Of a DNA stretch of 64,000 bases, positions 49,867 through 60,174 are shown one piece after another (the first letter of the stretch is position 1; the number at the start of each line of letters is the position of its first letter). The notes beneath the pieces were generated by a model that was not told the origin of the DNA, made no database searches, and saw only the letters and a program-made list of their open reading frames with translations. The DNA lies in the IMG/VR virus record IMGVR_UViG_3300037512_001285, positions 1-64,000 of that record. One strand, written 5' to 3'. The position numbers and the translations under genes were made by a program. This DNA comes from an uncultured virus (IMG/VR IMGVR_UViG_3300037512_001285). Lineage: Duplodnaviria; Heunggongvirae; Uroviricota; Caudoviricetes.

Positions 49867-50583
49867 TTAGAAGAATCTGAACCCAACACCAACACCAACC
49901 TGCGGACCCACGTCAATTTGTTTGGTAATCAGACCGTACTGGAAACCAAATCCACCATATGCACCAAGTGTCCAACGAGATATCTTTTTCTCAAACCGGC
50001 TACCGTCAATCACAGCCCCTTCAATACTAGTGACATTGAAGTAAGGGTTGGGACTTGTTACAAATATCTTATAATCGCCCCCTAACCCCACCTTCAACGG
50101 GACATTCATGTCAATATTATATACCTTCAGGACGGGGTTGTTCGGGTCTAATAGGGAGAAGTTTTCATCAAACTTCAACCAGTCATCACAATAACTCATT
50201 CTATATGAATTAGTTAGAGTATCATGAACGACTTCTGTAACATATACTGTATCCTTTATCTTCAGCTGTGCTTCGAGTTTAGAGATGTATGCGAGCTTAC
50301 TTCCAAGTGCCTTCTCGTAGTCACGAACCTGTTGTTTTGATATATCAAGCGCTTCCTGCAGGTCTCGTTTTTCAATTATCAACGACCCGTTCTCAAACAA
50401 AACTTCGTCGTGTTTTGTTTTGATGACGCTAACAGAATCCTGTAGGACTTCATAGTTGTGTTTCCAGTTGTTGTTCGATCTCTGGATATTGACATTACTA
50501 GTCCAGGCCCAAGCCAATAGACCAATCAATACAACCATCACCCCAGCAATAATCCAATTAACTTTCTTCTTGTTTATTTCCAT
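49867..50583 (-). CDS. Membrane-anchored coiled-coil protein, spanin candidate
   Basis: N-terminal TM, coiled coil, Gly/aromatic beta-hairpin ending in FRFF. Confidence 0.55.
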   Translation of the reverse strand: MEINKKKVNWIIAGVMVVLIGLLAWAWTSNVNIQRSNNNWKHNYEVLQDSVSVIKTKHDEVLFENGSLIIEKRDLQEALDISKQQVRDYEKALGSKLAYISKLEAQLKIKDTVYVTEVVHDTLTNSYRMSYCDDWLKFDENFSLLDPNNPVLKVYNIDMNVPLKVGLGGDYKIFVTSPNPYFNVTSIEGAVIDGSRFEKKISRWTLGAYGGFGFQYGLITKQIDVGPQVGVGVGFRFF

Positions 50584-51028
50584 CTTTACCTATTATATAT
50601 ATTTTACCATTTCCTCTATAAGGTCCCTCTTTCCATCTTCTATCACGGACATAGTGCTTCTTTACTGACTCACATAGACACTCACTACAAATAGTTGTAT
50701 ACCATCCGTCAACTGTAATCCCGACACCTTCTCGAGTCCCACACATCTCACACACGCGGTAGGATTCGTCTTCGGCTTCCTTGACCATCGCGCTGAGCCG
50801 ATCACATGTCTCCTTATCCACATTCTCGCCAGACCAATAGAATCTCAGTCCTCCCCACTTCTCTTTAATCTGTGTTATTTCAAGATATGAGTCCGTTCCG
50901 GCATGCTCTTCGTTGTATCTTATTACGAAATCAACGAGGGGTTGATAGAGTTCTTTCCATCCATCACCACACTCAATACCGAACCATTCATATGATGTCG
51001 GCGGGTGTATGTTATTCATCACATTCAT
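50558..51028 (-). CDS. Phage protein with Zn ribbon
   Basis: ECGDGW, QIKEKWGGLRFY, CEMCG...CSEC. Confidence 0.75.
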   Translation of the reverse strand: MNVMNNIHPPTSYEWFGIECGDGWKELYQPLVDFVIRYNEEHAGTDSYLEITQIKEKWGGLRFYWSGENVDKETCDRLSAMVKEAEDESYRVCEMCGTREGVGITVDGWYTTICSECLCESVKKHYVRDRRWKEGPYRGNGKIYIIGKDGNKQEES

Positions 51029-51383
51029 GTGCTATCTCTGCTAATCCCTTAATTCTCTTTGGAGTGAAGGTCGCTTCATATTCCTCTGGAGTGAATCCCT
51101 GAAGTCTCTCCTGGTACTGTCCTTTAAGGTCTTCGAACATCCCCACACATACCTCACCGAGAGCGTTTGAGTCCTTTCTTCTGTTTTTATTTGTCTTGTC
51201 TCTGTATACTGCAGTGCAGTACTTGTCTGCTAGAGACACCCAACTCTCAACCATATTAGTAATACACGTAAGTTGTTCCTGCGTCTCGGTTGATTCAATA
51301 CAAGCAGATATCTTGTTATATCCGTTTAATATTTTTGCATAACTTTCACTGTACATACTCATATACATATAATACTTTATCAT
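51012..51383 (-). CDS. Hypothetical protein
   Basis: ORF in operon. Confidence 0.65.
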   Translation of the reverse strand: MIKYYMYMSMYSESYAKILNGYNKISACIESTETQEQLTCITNMVESWVSLADKYCTAVYRDKTNKNRRKDSNALGEVCVGMFEDLKGQYQERLQGFTPEEYEATFTPKRIKGLAEIAHECDE

Positions 51384-51456
51384 ATATAAATAACAAAGAG
51401 AGACTGTATATTTAATACCGTCTCTCTTCCTTTGAGTGATATAGTTAGTGTTAAAC

Positions 51457-52044
51457 TTAAATAGCCAAGAGGTAAGTCTTCATTATCTTGAACAACTCGT
51501 CATAATATGTCTTTGTGTAATTGATAATAGGACGAGCATTCTTGAGTAACTTGAGTTCCTTAGTCTTACTTGCAAGAGCAGCTTCGATATCCTTAATCAT
51601 CTTCTCATTGGTGTCCTTATCATTATCTACGCGGGCACGAACTTCCTTCACAAGATTAACTAGGTCGAACGCCTGTTCAACTGTGATATTACGATCAGCA
51701 ATCTCATCGCGTAATTTCTTAAGTACATCAACAAATGTATGCTCTGCAATTTCCAAGTTCTTGTTATTCAATTCATCATCTTCTGATGCAAGCAAGTCGA
51801 TATAGTAATCGTTTCCCTCACCAACAAAGTATGGAAGATAATCTTCAATAACAAAAGGTTTCTTTTTATCCTCTTCCGGGGGTTCTGCAACTGTCTCGGG
51901 TTCGTCAACGATTGATGTTGATGACGAAGCAGAAATGTTTGTTGCTCCACTTTGTAAGAGTTTGTTCATTTCTTCATTATAATCCTGTACATTATCAAAT
52001 TCTTTACCATTGATAACCCCATTAAAAACAACTTTTCTCATCAT
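51457..52044 (-). CDS. Hypothetical coiled-coil protein
   Basis: 195 aa. Confidence 0.7.
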   Translation of the reverse strand: MMRKVVFNGVINGKEFDNVQDYNEEMNKLLQSGATNISASSSTSIVDEPETVAEPPEEDKKKPFVIEDYLPYFVGEGNDYYIDLLASEDDELNNKNLEIAEHTFVDVLKKLRDEIADRNITVEQAFDLVNLVKEVRARVDNDKDTNEKMIKDIEAALASKTKELKLLKNARPIINYTKTYYDELFKIMKTYLLAI

Positions 52045-52051
52045 ATATTAG

Positions 52052-52354
52052 TTAATTTAATAAGTTTTCTAATTGTGGTTGAGTAAGAAGCCCTGTTGAC
52101 CTATAAGTCACTTCACCGTTTTCTATCAAAAGAACAACAGGAACACTTCTAACTCCGAACTCATCTACTATCTCATCAGCTGAGTCCGCGTCTACTTCAA
52201 TAAAATACACATCTGTGTGGAATTTTTCAATATCTTCTATGTTTTTTTGCACCATCTTACATGGACCACACCATGGTGTTCCTATCTTAACGAGACAGAG
52301 ATCGTGTTCGGATATCGCCTTGTTGAAAATATCTAAATCATTAATTACTACCAT
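52052..52354 (-). CDS. trxA: Thioredoxin
   Basis: WCGPC, SVP. Confidence 0.92.
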   Translation of the reverse strand: MVVINDLDIFNKAISEHDLCLVKIGTPWCGPCKMVQKNIEDIEKFHTDVYFIEVDADSADEIVDEFGVRSVPVVLLIENGEVTYRSTGLLTQPQLENLLN

Positions 52355-52829
52355 CTTTCCAAAATTTATTTGTTATATCATATTCAATAACTTCATGAAA
52401 ATTATACAGTCTGCCAATCTTATATAGTCGTTGATTGGTTGTTCTGGAGTTGATTGGGCCAAGCTCTTTCTTATATGATCCTACTTTAATATAGTCAAAG
52501 GTCCATCCAAATTCAAATAGATTTATATTGTCATCCCCGCTATACCAGGCAGTCTTGTATCCTTTACCGGAGACATGACTTGCCAGGGCTAGGAGTCTCT
52601 TTTTGTCCCCGTCTCCACCCATAAACAAGATACATGTAATTCCCGGGTTATTCTCAATAAGCCTGTCCAACGTATCTTCGTCGAGCTCCTCTCCACAATC
52701 TGTTTGGAGATATGGGCTATGACACCCGGGACACCTGTGGGGGCAACAACTCAGATTGATGGCGAGAGACACCTCGTCTGGTATCTCTGCAAATACAACT
52801 TGGGTATCTTGTGGTACAAACTTTATCAT
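52341..52829 (-). CDS. nrdG: Anaerobic RNR activating radical SAM protein
   Basis: CPHRCPGCH, GGD, K.G.Y, TNQR; start MIKF. Confidence 0.9.
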   Translation of the reverse strand: MIKFVPQDTQVVFAEIPDEVSLAINLSCCPHRCPGCHSPYLQTDCGEELDEDTLDRLIENNPGITCILFMGGDGDKKRLLALASHVSGKGYKTAWYSGDDNINLFEFGWTFDYIKVGSYKKELGPINSRTTNQRLYKIGRLYNFHEVIEYDITNKFWKDGSN

Positions 52830-53032
52830 GCTATATATAATCCGCAGCAGCAATGACAGTGTTCTCTGTATTCACGACAGGGACACACGGTGTCATCGTC
52901 ATGAAATTTTGGAGGGACACAAGGACAGTACTCTTTACCGTACTTCTCTTTCTTTGCCGCCTTTGCTTTATTTATTGCTTTGACCCGTTCTTTATCGGGA
53001 TTTATTGTGTATTTAGGTTCGATTCCTAACAT
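52826..53032 (-). CDS. Ferredoxin-thioredoxin reductase catalytic-subunit-like protein
   Basis: KYG..YCPC...CPC...CCCGLY. Confidence 0.8.
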   Translation of the reverse strand: MLGIEPKYTINPDKERVKAINKAKAAKKEKYGKEYCPCVPPKFHDDDTVCPCREYREHCHCCCGLYIA

Positions 53033-53034
53033 AT

Positions 53035-54105
53035 TTAACAAGATTTTTTATAACCATGAACTTTAAATAGATGACATTCTTTGCAATAAGTTATAAGATT
53101 CTCAAGATCATTCAATCTTGAATCATTTCTCATTATATCATATAATTCTTGTTCATTTTTAATAATATTTAATTCTGGATGTTCATTAAGTATCTCTTCA
53201 AATAATTCTTTAAATGATATTATATGATGAACTTGGAGTTTCTTTTTACTCCCACATAATTGACATTTATAATTATCTCTCTTTAATATCTCGGGAATTT
53301 GATTTACCCGAAAATATTCACGAAGCCTCATATATAATCCTGTTCTACCACCTTTCCAATTGGGATGATTCTCTCCTATAAATCGCCCTTTTCTCGCTTC
53401 TGAATTACCTCTCACCTTAATGCCGAATTTCTTTAATCTATTATCAACAACACTAGGAGCTACATCATATTGAACTCCTATATCCTTTTTAGACATTTTA
53501 TTAGTTACATACATGTCATATAACTTTTCGAAATCGTCTAAATCGGAAGGATATTCTTTTTTATTATGGGAAAATTGTGATTCTGATAAAGATCTGGTTT
53601 TTATAACACCACTACATTTTATGTGTTTTAATACAGTTGCTGAAGTAAAACCAACCATTTTAGATATTTCTGGACCAGACAATCCCTGATTATATAATGA
53701 TATTATCAAATCGTCTTTTGATTTATCAGACTCATATGTAGACATCATGTTATGATATACTGTCGGATCTCTTTTTAACCCTAATTCTTTTGCTCTTCTA
53801 CGAATCGGACCAGAATCACAATGAAATGTTTCCCTCATAATTCGCATGGGAACCCCATTCAAATACATTTCCGTTAATAATTTATCATCAAAAACCAATT
53901 TATTATAAGCTTCAAAGTGATATTCTTTATTCGGAATGTTTCCTGTTGGTCTAGTTGGTATTTTATATTTTTTTATCCAATATAAAACCTTTTCTTTTTT
54001 AAGATTTAATAATTTGCCAATTTCTGAACAAGTCATTTGTTTATTGACATATAAATCAAACAGTTCTTCTTTTGTAATCGGAAAATTTTTAGTGGTGTCT
54101 TTCAT
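53035..54105 (-). CDS. HNH homing endonuclease with HTH repeats
   Basis: HPNWKGG, RDNYKCQLCG, VHH, NL.T.C..CH; start MKDTT. Confidence 0.85.
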   Translation of the reverse strand: MKDTTKNFPITKEELFDLYVNKQMTCSEIGKLLNLKKEKVLYWIKKYKIPTRPTGNIPNKEYHFEAYNKLVFDDKLLTEMYLNGVPMRIMRETFHCDSGPIRRRAKELGLKRDPTVYHNMMSTYESDKSKDDLIISLYNQGLSGPEISKMVGFTSATVLKHIKCSGVIKTRSLSESQFSHNKKEYPSDLDDFEKLYDMYVTNKMSKKDIGVQYDVAPSVVDNRLKKFGIKVRGNSEARKGRFIGENHPNWKGGRTGLYMRLREYFRVNQIPEILKRDNYKCQLCGSKKKLQVHHIISFKELFEEILNEHPELNIIKNEQELYDIMRNDSRLNDLENLITYCKECHLFKVHGYKKSC

Positions 54106-54191
54106 GTATAAATAATAATAAAACAACCAATAAAAATAAATCAACCCACAGCCACCCGAGAATTTCAATCCAATAAAAAAAAAGAGATTGA

Positions 54192-56336
54192 TTACTCAAC
54201 CTCTTTACTATAGATTCGTTTTGATTCTTCTATCTTTCGAGCATTTTCAAAGTTTTTGACGGGGCGGAGATAACCAATAATTCTCGTCCAATCGGTTACT
54301 TCCTCCGATCCACACACAGGACAAACACTAAAATGTCTCTTTTCAATATGATTGCAATGATCACAGGAACATTGCTTTATATTAAAAGTATAGTAGTTTG
54401 TACCTTCACCAATTGCAAAATCCATCAACTTTAAGTATTGTTCTTTTGAAAGATGTGAATCCAGGTTGATGTGGCACCCAACACCACCAGAAAGATTCTT
54501 TACAAAATCTCTACCGTGCATTCTGAGTTTATCAAGAACTGAAGTCTTGGGGTCATCTGCAAGATAAAAATATGAATTGTAAAGAACTCTATCTTTAGGT
54601 ACCCAATATCCATCTTCTCTGTCCCAGTTATAATTCTTTCCACCAAGGCTTTCTGCTGGCACAAACTCAAGATTCATCTTGTATTTTTTATCCATTATCT
54701 TGTCTTCTTCTCTTGAGATCAGTCCGGTCAGATATTGACAAAATTCTTTATAATCATCATTACAACTACATTTCAAACCAACATATTCTGCAGCTTCATT
54801 AAATCCATTAACCCCTATTGTAGAGAACAATTTGTCCATTGTGATATATCCCGCCGTTGATGCAGACAACATTCCTTTCTTCTCTACATCATACAGAAGA
54901 TTTTTATAAGCGATATGATATTTGATGACTCTGTTAACAATATCGCAAAAATATGATTCAAACTCATTTGTTTTGTAATTGCGCCTTTTAACAACAGGGT
55001 CTCCATTCCCAATGGATCTAAAATAATTTTGAATTATTCTGTTAAGATTTAACGTAATTACATTACACGACCCAGTGGCCACACCAGAGAGTCCGTTGGT
55101 AAAACTAAATTCTTTGGCGTCCGGTGACAGGGAATTGCGAAGCCTGCAACAGCTGGCCAGTGAGTCAGGACTATCAGAGAGATATAAGAAAAACGAATGC
55201 CCTTCTGACCACATTTCAGCGGTGAAGTTTTTGTATTCTTTATCAATAACATCTTGGCCATCTGTGAGAAGAGCCATAGTTTCAACAGGGAATGTGAGAA
55301 GCGTCTTGCTTCTTTCATTATTAAACCACTTCATAAAATCTTTTTGTAACCAACTTACTCTTTCCCAAGATGGTTGTGTTCCGTCAGGAAAATAAAAGTT
55401 ATCAAAAAGAGAATGCCAATAACCAGAATCATAATAAGAAATATTGGTGAATGGACTTTGGCTAGATCTGTTTCCGCTTGGTTGATTCCAGCAATAAATC
55501 ACTTGTTGGAATGCCTGATGAATTTTTCCGTGTATGGTTTTTCTATTTTTTACAAACTCGGTATCCGCCCAATCATCAAGATGATTTATGTAATCATCCC
55601 CAAATTCTTTTGTGCAGAAATAATCAAAGAAATTAAAAAACTCACCAAAAGCAACAGCACCTTTACATTGACTCGCTAAGAGAAATGTTAAATTAACCAA
55701 TTGACCACAAAATGAATTGAGATTTTTTGGAGCAACAATATTCAAACCATCCATATTTTTGGTTCCATCAATCAACAATGGATACAGAGTAACTGCTTCA
55801 CAATAATTCTTTACTGAAGGAGAAGACGCCTCATCATGGATATAAATAATGTGATTGTTTATATCCTTCTCATATTGATCTGCAACCTCTGGTGATGTTT
55901 TCTTTAATTCGCGACGCATTCTGTATCTATGACTTGCTCTGTTTGTGGTTTTATATACCTCACCATCGAGATTTGATACATTTTTGTTTGTAACGTTTGC
56001 ATTTGGATCTGTTTCTGAAGAGGATGCGGCATTATCAGACGAATCCATATATTCATCCATATATTTGATTCTGTTTTTTATAAAAGACAGATCTTCTCCA
56101 TGTTTTATATATGAACGCGCTACTTTTTTATTGATAGACATCAGCTGATCCTCAACCATTTCACGAATGTCTGCTGTGGATATTCCATCGAATATATCCA
56201 AGTTATTGACGATATCGTTAGCCAATCCTTCATCATATTTTTGTTTAGAATGTTTATAGGCAGCATATATGCCACTTTTTACTTTACTGGGCTCGTAAAG
56301 TTCATACGAACCGTCACTCTTTCTAACATTAATCAT
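54192..56336 (-). CDS. nrdD: Anaerobic (class III) ribonucleotide reductase with ATP cone
   Basis: V.K.DG cone, YIHD, SCCRL, PAE, CxxC-CxxC, RIIGYL. Confidence 0.95.
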   Translation of the reverse strand: MINVRKSDGSYELYEPSKVKSGIYAAYKHSKQKYDEGLANDIVNNLDIFDGISTADIREMVEDQLMSINKKVARSYIKHGEDLSFIKNRIKYMDEYMDSSDNAASSSETDPNANVTNKNVSNLDGEVYKTTNRASHRYRMRRELKKTSPEVADQYEKDINNHIIYIHDEASSPSVKNYCEAVTLYPLLIDGTKNMDGLNIVAPKNLNSFCGQLVNLTFLLASQCKGAVAFGEFFNFFDYFCTKEFGDDYINHLDDWADTEFVKNRKTIHGKIHQAFQQVIYCWNQPSGNRSSQSPFTNISYYDSGYWHSLFDNFYFPDGTQPSWERVSWLQKDFMKWFNNERSKTLLTFPVETMALLTDGQDVIDKEYKNFTAEMWSEGHSFFLYLSDSPDSLASCCRLRNSLSPDAKEFSFTNGLSGVATGSCNVITLNLNRIIQNYFRSIGNGDPVVKRRNYKTNEFESYFCDIVNRVIKYHIAYKNLLYDVEKKGMLSASTAGYITMDKLFSTIGVNGFNEAAEYVGLKCSCNDDYKEFCQYLTGLISREEDKIMDKKYKMNLEFVPAESLGGKNYNWDREDGYWVPKDRVLYNSYFYLADDPKTSVLDKLRMHGRDFVKNLSGGVGCHINLDSHLSKEQYLKLMDFAIGEGTNYYTFNIKQCSCDHCNHIEKRHFSVCPVCGSEEVTDWTRIIGYLRPVKNFENARKIEESKRIYSKEVE

Positions 56337-56416
56337 ATTGTAAAATATTTAATTTTCTGAGAAAAAATAGAGGCACCTGTAAAAACAACTGCCTCTGGTA
56401 AGGTATTTATTATGAA

Positions 56417-56887
56417 TTATTTACGTACAAATTTAAGATTTAAGTTTTGACAGGGGAAGATTTGTATTTCATCAAAGTCCCCATCTAACATATTTTGTTC
56501 CTGCCCAACCACATACCGGCCGTTCTTATAAATCTGAACAGAAACATGTTTATACTTCTCTGATAGGCTCGCTTGATAATATGGATGTAATATCAAATTA
56601 AGATAATCCTTAAAGAGGTCTGTGGTCTCAGTATCCGGAGTAAATTTAATCTCATTAATTATTTTTAATAGCCCTCTGTATATTGTTTCATTCTCCGTAT
56701 CACATTTAATTTTAGATTCTTTTCTAATTCTAACGGCACTCATATATTTTGAAAAGAATATCGTGTTGTGATCACTAAAATATGTATTTAATATTGGAGA
56801 TTCAACCAACTTAAATACGTCACCAAAGGTTAGATCTTTAGTGATATTCTTTTCTGTGTCAAATAGGCTTTCTACTAAACTCTTCAT
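56417..56887 (-). CDS. Putative virion-internal protein
   Basis: MKSLVE|SLFD. Confidence 0.65.
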   Translation of the reverse strand: MKSLVESLFDTEKNITKDLTFGDVFKLVESPILNTYFSDHNTIFFSKYMSAVRIRKESKIKCDTENETIYRGLLKIINEIKFTPDTETTDLFKDYLNLILHPYYQASLSEKYKHVSVQIYKNGRYVVGQEQNMLDGDFDEIQIFPCQNLNLKFVRK

Positions 56888-57399
56888 GACTTTACTTTGT
56901 CCTTTTGGTATAGACGTTCCTTATACCAACCAGGGAGTTTTTTAAGGGAATCACAATCATCAAACATACCATATATGTATTTTAGTTTACGGGGATTCCA
57001 TTTCTCCAGATTTTGATTGAAACGTTCACATCCCTCAAACATGGATTCTGCATCTTTAAGATTACTTACATCCCACCCAGATATATCACAGTTAAAATAC
57101 TTACAATTACAGAACATTTCATACATGCATGTTACTTTCTTTGTATTCCACTTTGAGACATCATAGTTGTACAAATAATACGGTATATCACTTTCGGGAT
57201 CATAGAATATATGTCCCATATCATCAACATCTTTGGTGTTTATCCAATTGAGATCAACAGTTTCTCCTTCTTTGGGGTTAACTGTTTTTAAGTATTCGTA
57301 TACAGTCTGGTGTAACTCCTCCCAAGACTTTGGGTGAGCATTAAATGTGTCTTTAGAAATCAAATCCTTATCAAACAAACTCTCTGCTAAACTCTTCAT
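56884..57399 (-). CDS. DUF285/BspA-like repeat protein with capsid-targeting-like leader
   Basis: MKSLAE|SLFDKDL; W(N/D)..V..M..MF repeats. Confidence 0.75.
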   Translation of the reverse strand: MKSLAESLFDKDLISKDTFNAHPKSWEELHQTVYEYLKTVNPKEGETVDLNWINTKDVDDMGHIFYDPESDIPYYLYNYDVSKWNTKKVTCMYEMFCNCKYFNCDISGWDVSNLKDAESMFEGCERFNQNLEKWNPRKLKYIYGMFDDCDSLKKLPGWYKERLYQKDKVKS

Positions 57400-57439
57400 A
57401 CTAAACAATAAATTATTTAGATCTTTGATAATCAATTCA

Positions 57440-59140
57440 TTATCTTACTGCATAACCATGTCCATCGAGGATTGGACGAGCCAAGTCATTGATGACACAT
57501 TGTTCGTGATTAGTTGTATACTTTATAGTTTCCTTCAATATGTCTTCGTCAGACATCCAGCCACGATAGTATTTAATATTAGTCATAGCCACAGGCCACC
57601 CATGGATCTGACATTGTCCTTCAGAAATGAAATTACCCACAGTTTCGTTAGTGACATTATTGGCGGAGTTCTTCTTTAAAACGTATGAAAGATTAAATGC
57701 TTTATTAAAGTCTCCTGTTTGATTAAATATGGGATTCTCAAAGTCCCACCAATACATTTCTGGTTTTAAAAGATAAGGAGGCATGTCACTACGATGAACA
57801 TAAAGATATACATTCATATCAATAGTTAGGTTACGGGCATTCCATTTGAGAATAACCATATACGTACTAAACGGCTCAAGTTCTGCAGTAAAATCACTCC
57901 AAGATAAATAGAATTTTTCTCCATCCGAATTAACTGTAACGCTTATATCACCAAACCGCAATATTTCTTTTTCTGACAATACGGAAGGGTCACCGGGTGT
58001 CTCTATTATAAATGACAACCACCCAGCCTCTCCACATATAGGTTCTTGATAAATAACACAACCGTTTTCGTTTTTGAATCTATATATATTTCTTGCAGTT
58101 ATATTATTGTGGTGACAATACAATTTATCTTGTACTGTTATATAATCTATTTGATTGTATTCGTTTGCCGATATTTGTTTTCTTACAGCATCCTCCATAA
58201 ATATATCATATAAGTTTGTTGCCGAGAATCGTGGTGAACTCAACTGTGGGCTACCACTCTCTCTTTCTTGCTCAATAGTTTCTTTCTCACCAAATGTATC
58301 TTCATACTTATTCACAAGCCATCCATCAATTAAGTCGCTAAAGTCTCCCTTATCCACATTAGTCTTTTCATTATATTTGACTAAAGCTAATTTCCATGTA
58401 GTAGGTCTCCATAAGAGTCCTTCATTCTTTTCATCGTATGCGCTGTTAACTTCCCATAACCTCTTCATGAGTGGAACATAGACAAGGTCTCGTTGTTTTG
58501 GAAATGCTGTATCACCAAATGCTCTCGCAAACTGACTCTTACTTAACTCAGTCTCCCAGTCAATTTCCCAATCAAAATCAAAATCTGTGAGTTTTGGATT
58601 ACTGGAAGGCATAGTACCATCAGGAATCATGAGTTTCATTTGTTTGATATCAACAACATTATGTAACGTCCACTCCTTGAAAGTATAGTCAACAGATTCT
58701 GGATTTGGAGTCACTCGTAAGTAGTAAATGGGAATACCCAACATACATATAATTGAATCAGCCATTTGTTGTTGCAACTCTAATGCACAATCAAGCCCCG
58801 TATATGGTTGGAAGAGATTACTTCCTTCACAAAAATCCTTTAAGAATGCATTACTCTGATCAAAGCAGATACTATAACAATTAGTAAGCATACCATTATA
58901 GTACACTTTACTCAATCCACCAAAGATTAAGATTCTCAAAAAGTAATCACTTTCGAGATTCTTTGCAAGTGTATTATACTGCATCCAACTAACCCAACTT
59001 GTCCAACAAGCCCCGTCAGTACTCCAACTGAACTGACACTCGGCTGTGACATCAACATCAAGATTATCTACGATCTTTACAGGACCATAAACTACTGCTT
59101 CATTAAAGGTTATTATGCGTTTTATAGGACATCCAGTCAT
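57440..59140 (-). CDS. Neck/head-completion protein (T4 gp14-like domain)
   Basis: GIPIYYLR, FG...PK..DLVY.PL...LWEV; near portal. Confidence 0.6.
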   Translation of the reverse strand: MTGCPIKRIITFNEAVVYGPVKIVDNLDVDVTAECQFSWSTDGACWTSWVSWMQYNTLAKNLESDYFLRILIFGGLSKVYYNGMLTNCYSICFDQSNAFLKDFCEGSNLFQPYTGLDCALELQQQMADSIICMLGIPIYYLRVTPNPESVDYTFKEWTLHNVVDIKQMKLMIPDGTMPSSNPKLTDFDFDWEIDWETELSKSQFARAFGDTAFPKQRDLVYVPLMKRLWEVNSAYDEKNEGLLWRPTTWKLALVKYNEKTNVDKGDFSDLIDGWLVNKYEDTFGEKETIEQERESGSPQLSSPRFSATNLYDIFMEDAVRKQISANEYNQIDYITVQDKLYCHHNNITARNIYRFKNENGCVIYQEPICGEAGWLSFIIETPGDPSVLSEKEILRFGDISVTVNSDGEKFYLSWSDFTAELEPFSTYMVILKWNARNLTIDMNVYLYVHRSDMPPYLLKPEMYWWDFENPIFNQTGDFNKAFNLSYVLKKNSANNVTNETVGNFISEGQCQIHGWPVAMTNIKYYRGWMSDEDILKETIKYTTNHEQCVINDLARPILDGHGYAVR

Positions 59141-59157
59141 GTATAAATAATAAAGGA
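59138..59157 (-). promoter_or_regulatory. Candidate late-promoter motif TTATTATT
   Basis: TCCTTTATTATTTATACATG, identical at 60805-60824; variants before portal and endonuclease genes. Confidence 0.55.
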
Positions 59158-59184
59158 GACCCTTGTGGATCTCCCGTATCTTTT

Positions 59185-59586
59185 TTATACAACCTCACTT
59201 GCTAGCTTTTGAGGATCACTTATCTTGAAGACATATTCCGATGGTCTACTTATTCTTTCAATTGATTCAGACCATGAATACCTACCTTCTTTTGGAAGGA
59301 AAAGAGCGATACTTACTTGTTTCTTTACAGCAATTGCTTTCCCTATATTAAGTCTCTTTCCTGTTCCCCAATGACCACCAGCATCCAAGAACACCACCCA
59401 ATCACCGGGTTCAACCTTCCTACCGAGACAATCACATCCCGTTCCACTAATAGTTACGCCGCCGTTACCAACAAGCCAATCAATTAATTGTTTCTCCCAG
59501 TTGGGTCCACTTTCGATGTTCTTATCAAGATCAAAGACGCTCTCGTCAACAGTAGCATCTGATATGTATTCTTTAATGTCTTTCAT
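59185..59586 (-). CDS. Putative virion-internal protein
   Basis: MKDIKEYI...DE|SVFD; DC.G....GD.V shared with 9726-10052. Confidence 0.65.
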   Translation of the reverse strand: MKDIKEYISDATVDESVFDLDKNIESGPNWEKQLIDWLVGNGGVTISGTGCDCLGRKVEPGDWVVFLDAGGHWGTGKRLNIGKAIAVKKQVSIALFLPKEGRYSWSESIERISRPSEYVFKISDPQKLASEVV

Positions 59587-59622
59587 ATTATCTTCCTTTT
59601 GTATATTTATTTTTGCCATTTC

Positions 59623-60156
59623 TTATACGAATATATTTTCAATTACATTTCCACCCATATCATATACAATACCTCCACAGAGTTCAGGATGCTTATTAAC
59701 CATCTTTTTAATAATTGGTTCAGCTTCGCGGATGGCTTTATTATCCTCGCGCGCTTTAAGAATAACCCTATCATAGTCTGCCTCTGTAGCACTATCATGG
59801 AGTTCGTCTTCGTCCACATCACCATTTTCATAGTCAGTCAGAACATCAGGATCGTACTGAATAAATGCCACCTCGAACCCGTCTTGTGCTTCATTTAAAG
59901 ACTCTGTGCAAACTTCTATATCATTTCTCTTAATAACATCATTGTCTAGGATAAAGTATGAAGCAATGAAAAGTTTTTTACAATCATCTCCTTCTTTTTT
60001 ATATACCGCCCAATTGTTTTTTGATGTTTTATGAACACATATATCTTTCATATCAATGTTTGGATCATATGCTTTACACATACCAACAAACTCGCGATAT
60101 TTGCGTTCACATCTATCAATATTGCCTTCGTTTATTATTTGAGCTAAATGTTTCAT
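59623..60156 (-). CDS. Putative virion-internal protein
   Basis: MKHLAQIINE; internal ESLNEA. Confidence 0.65.
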   Translation of the reverse strand: MKHLAQIINEGNIDRCERKYREFVGMCKAYDPNIDMKDICVHKTSKNNWAVYKKEGDDCKKLFIASYFILDNDVIKRNDIEVCTESLNEAQDGFEVAFIQYDPDVLTDYENGDVDEDELHDSATEADYDRVILKAREDNKAIREAEPIIKKMVNKHPELCGGIVYDMGGNVIENIFV

Positions 60157-60174
60157 ATTCAATTAATTATATAT

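Noticed and set aside
15496..56336. Introns or inteins in terL or nrdD
   Set aside because: Both are continuous and of ordinary length, without intein terminal motifs
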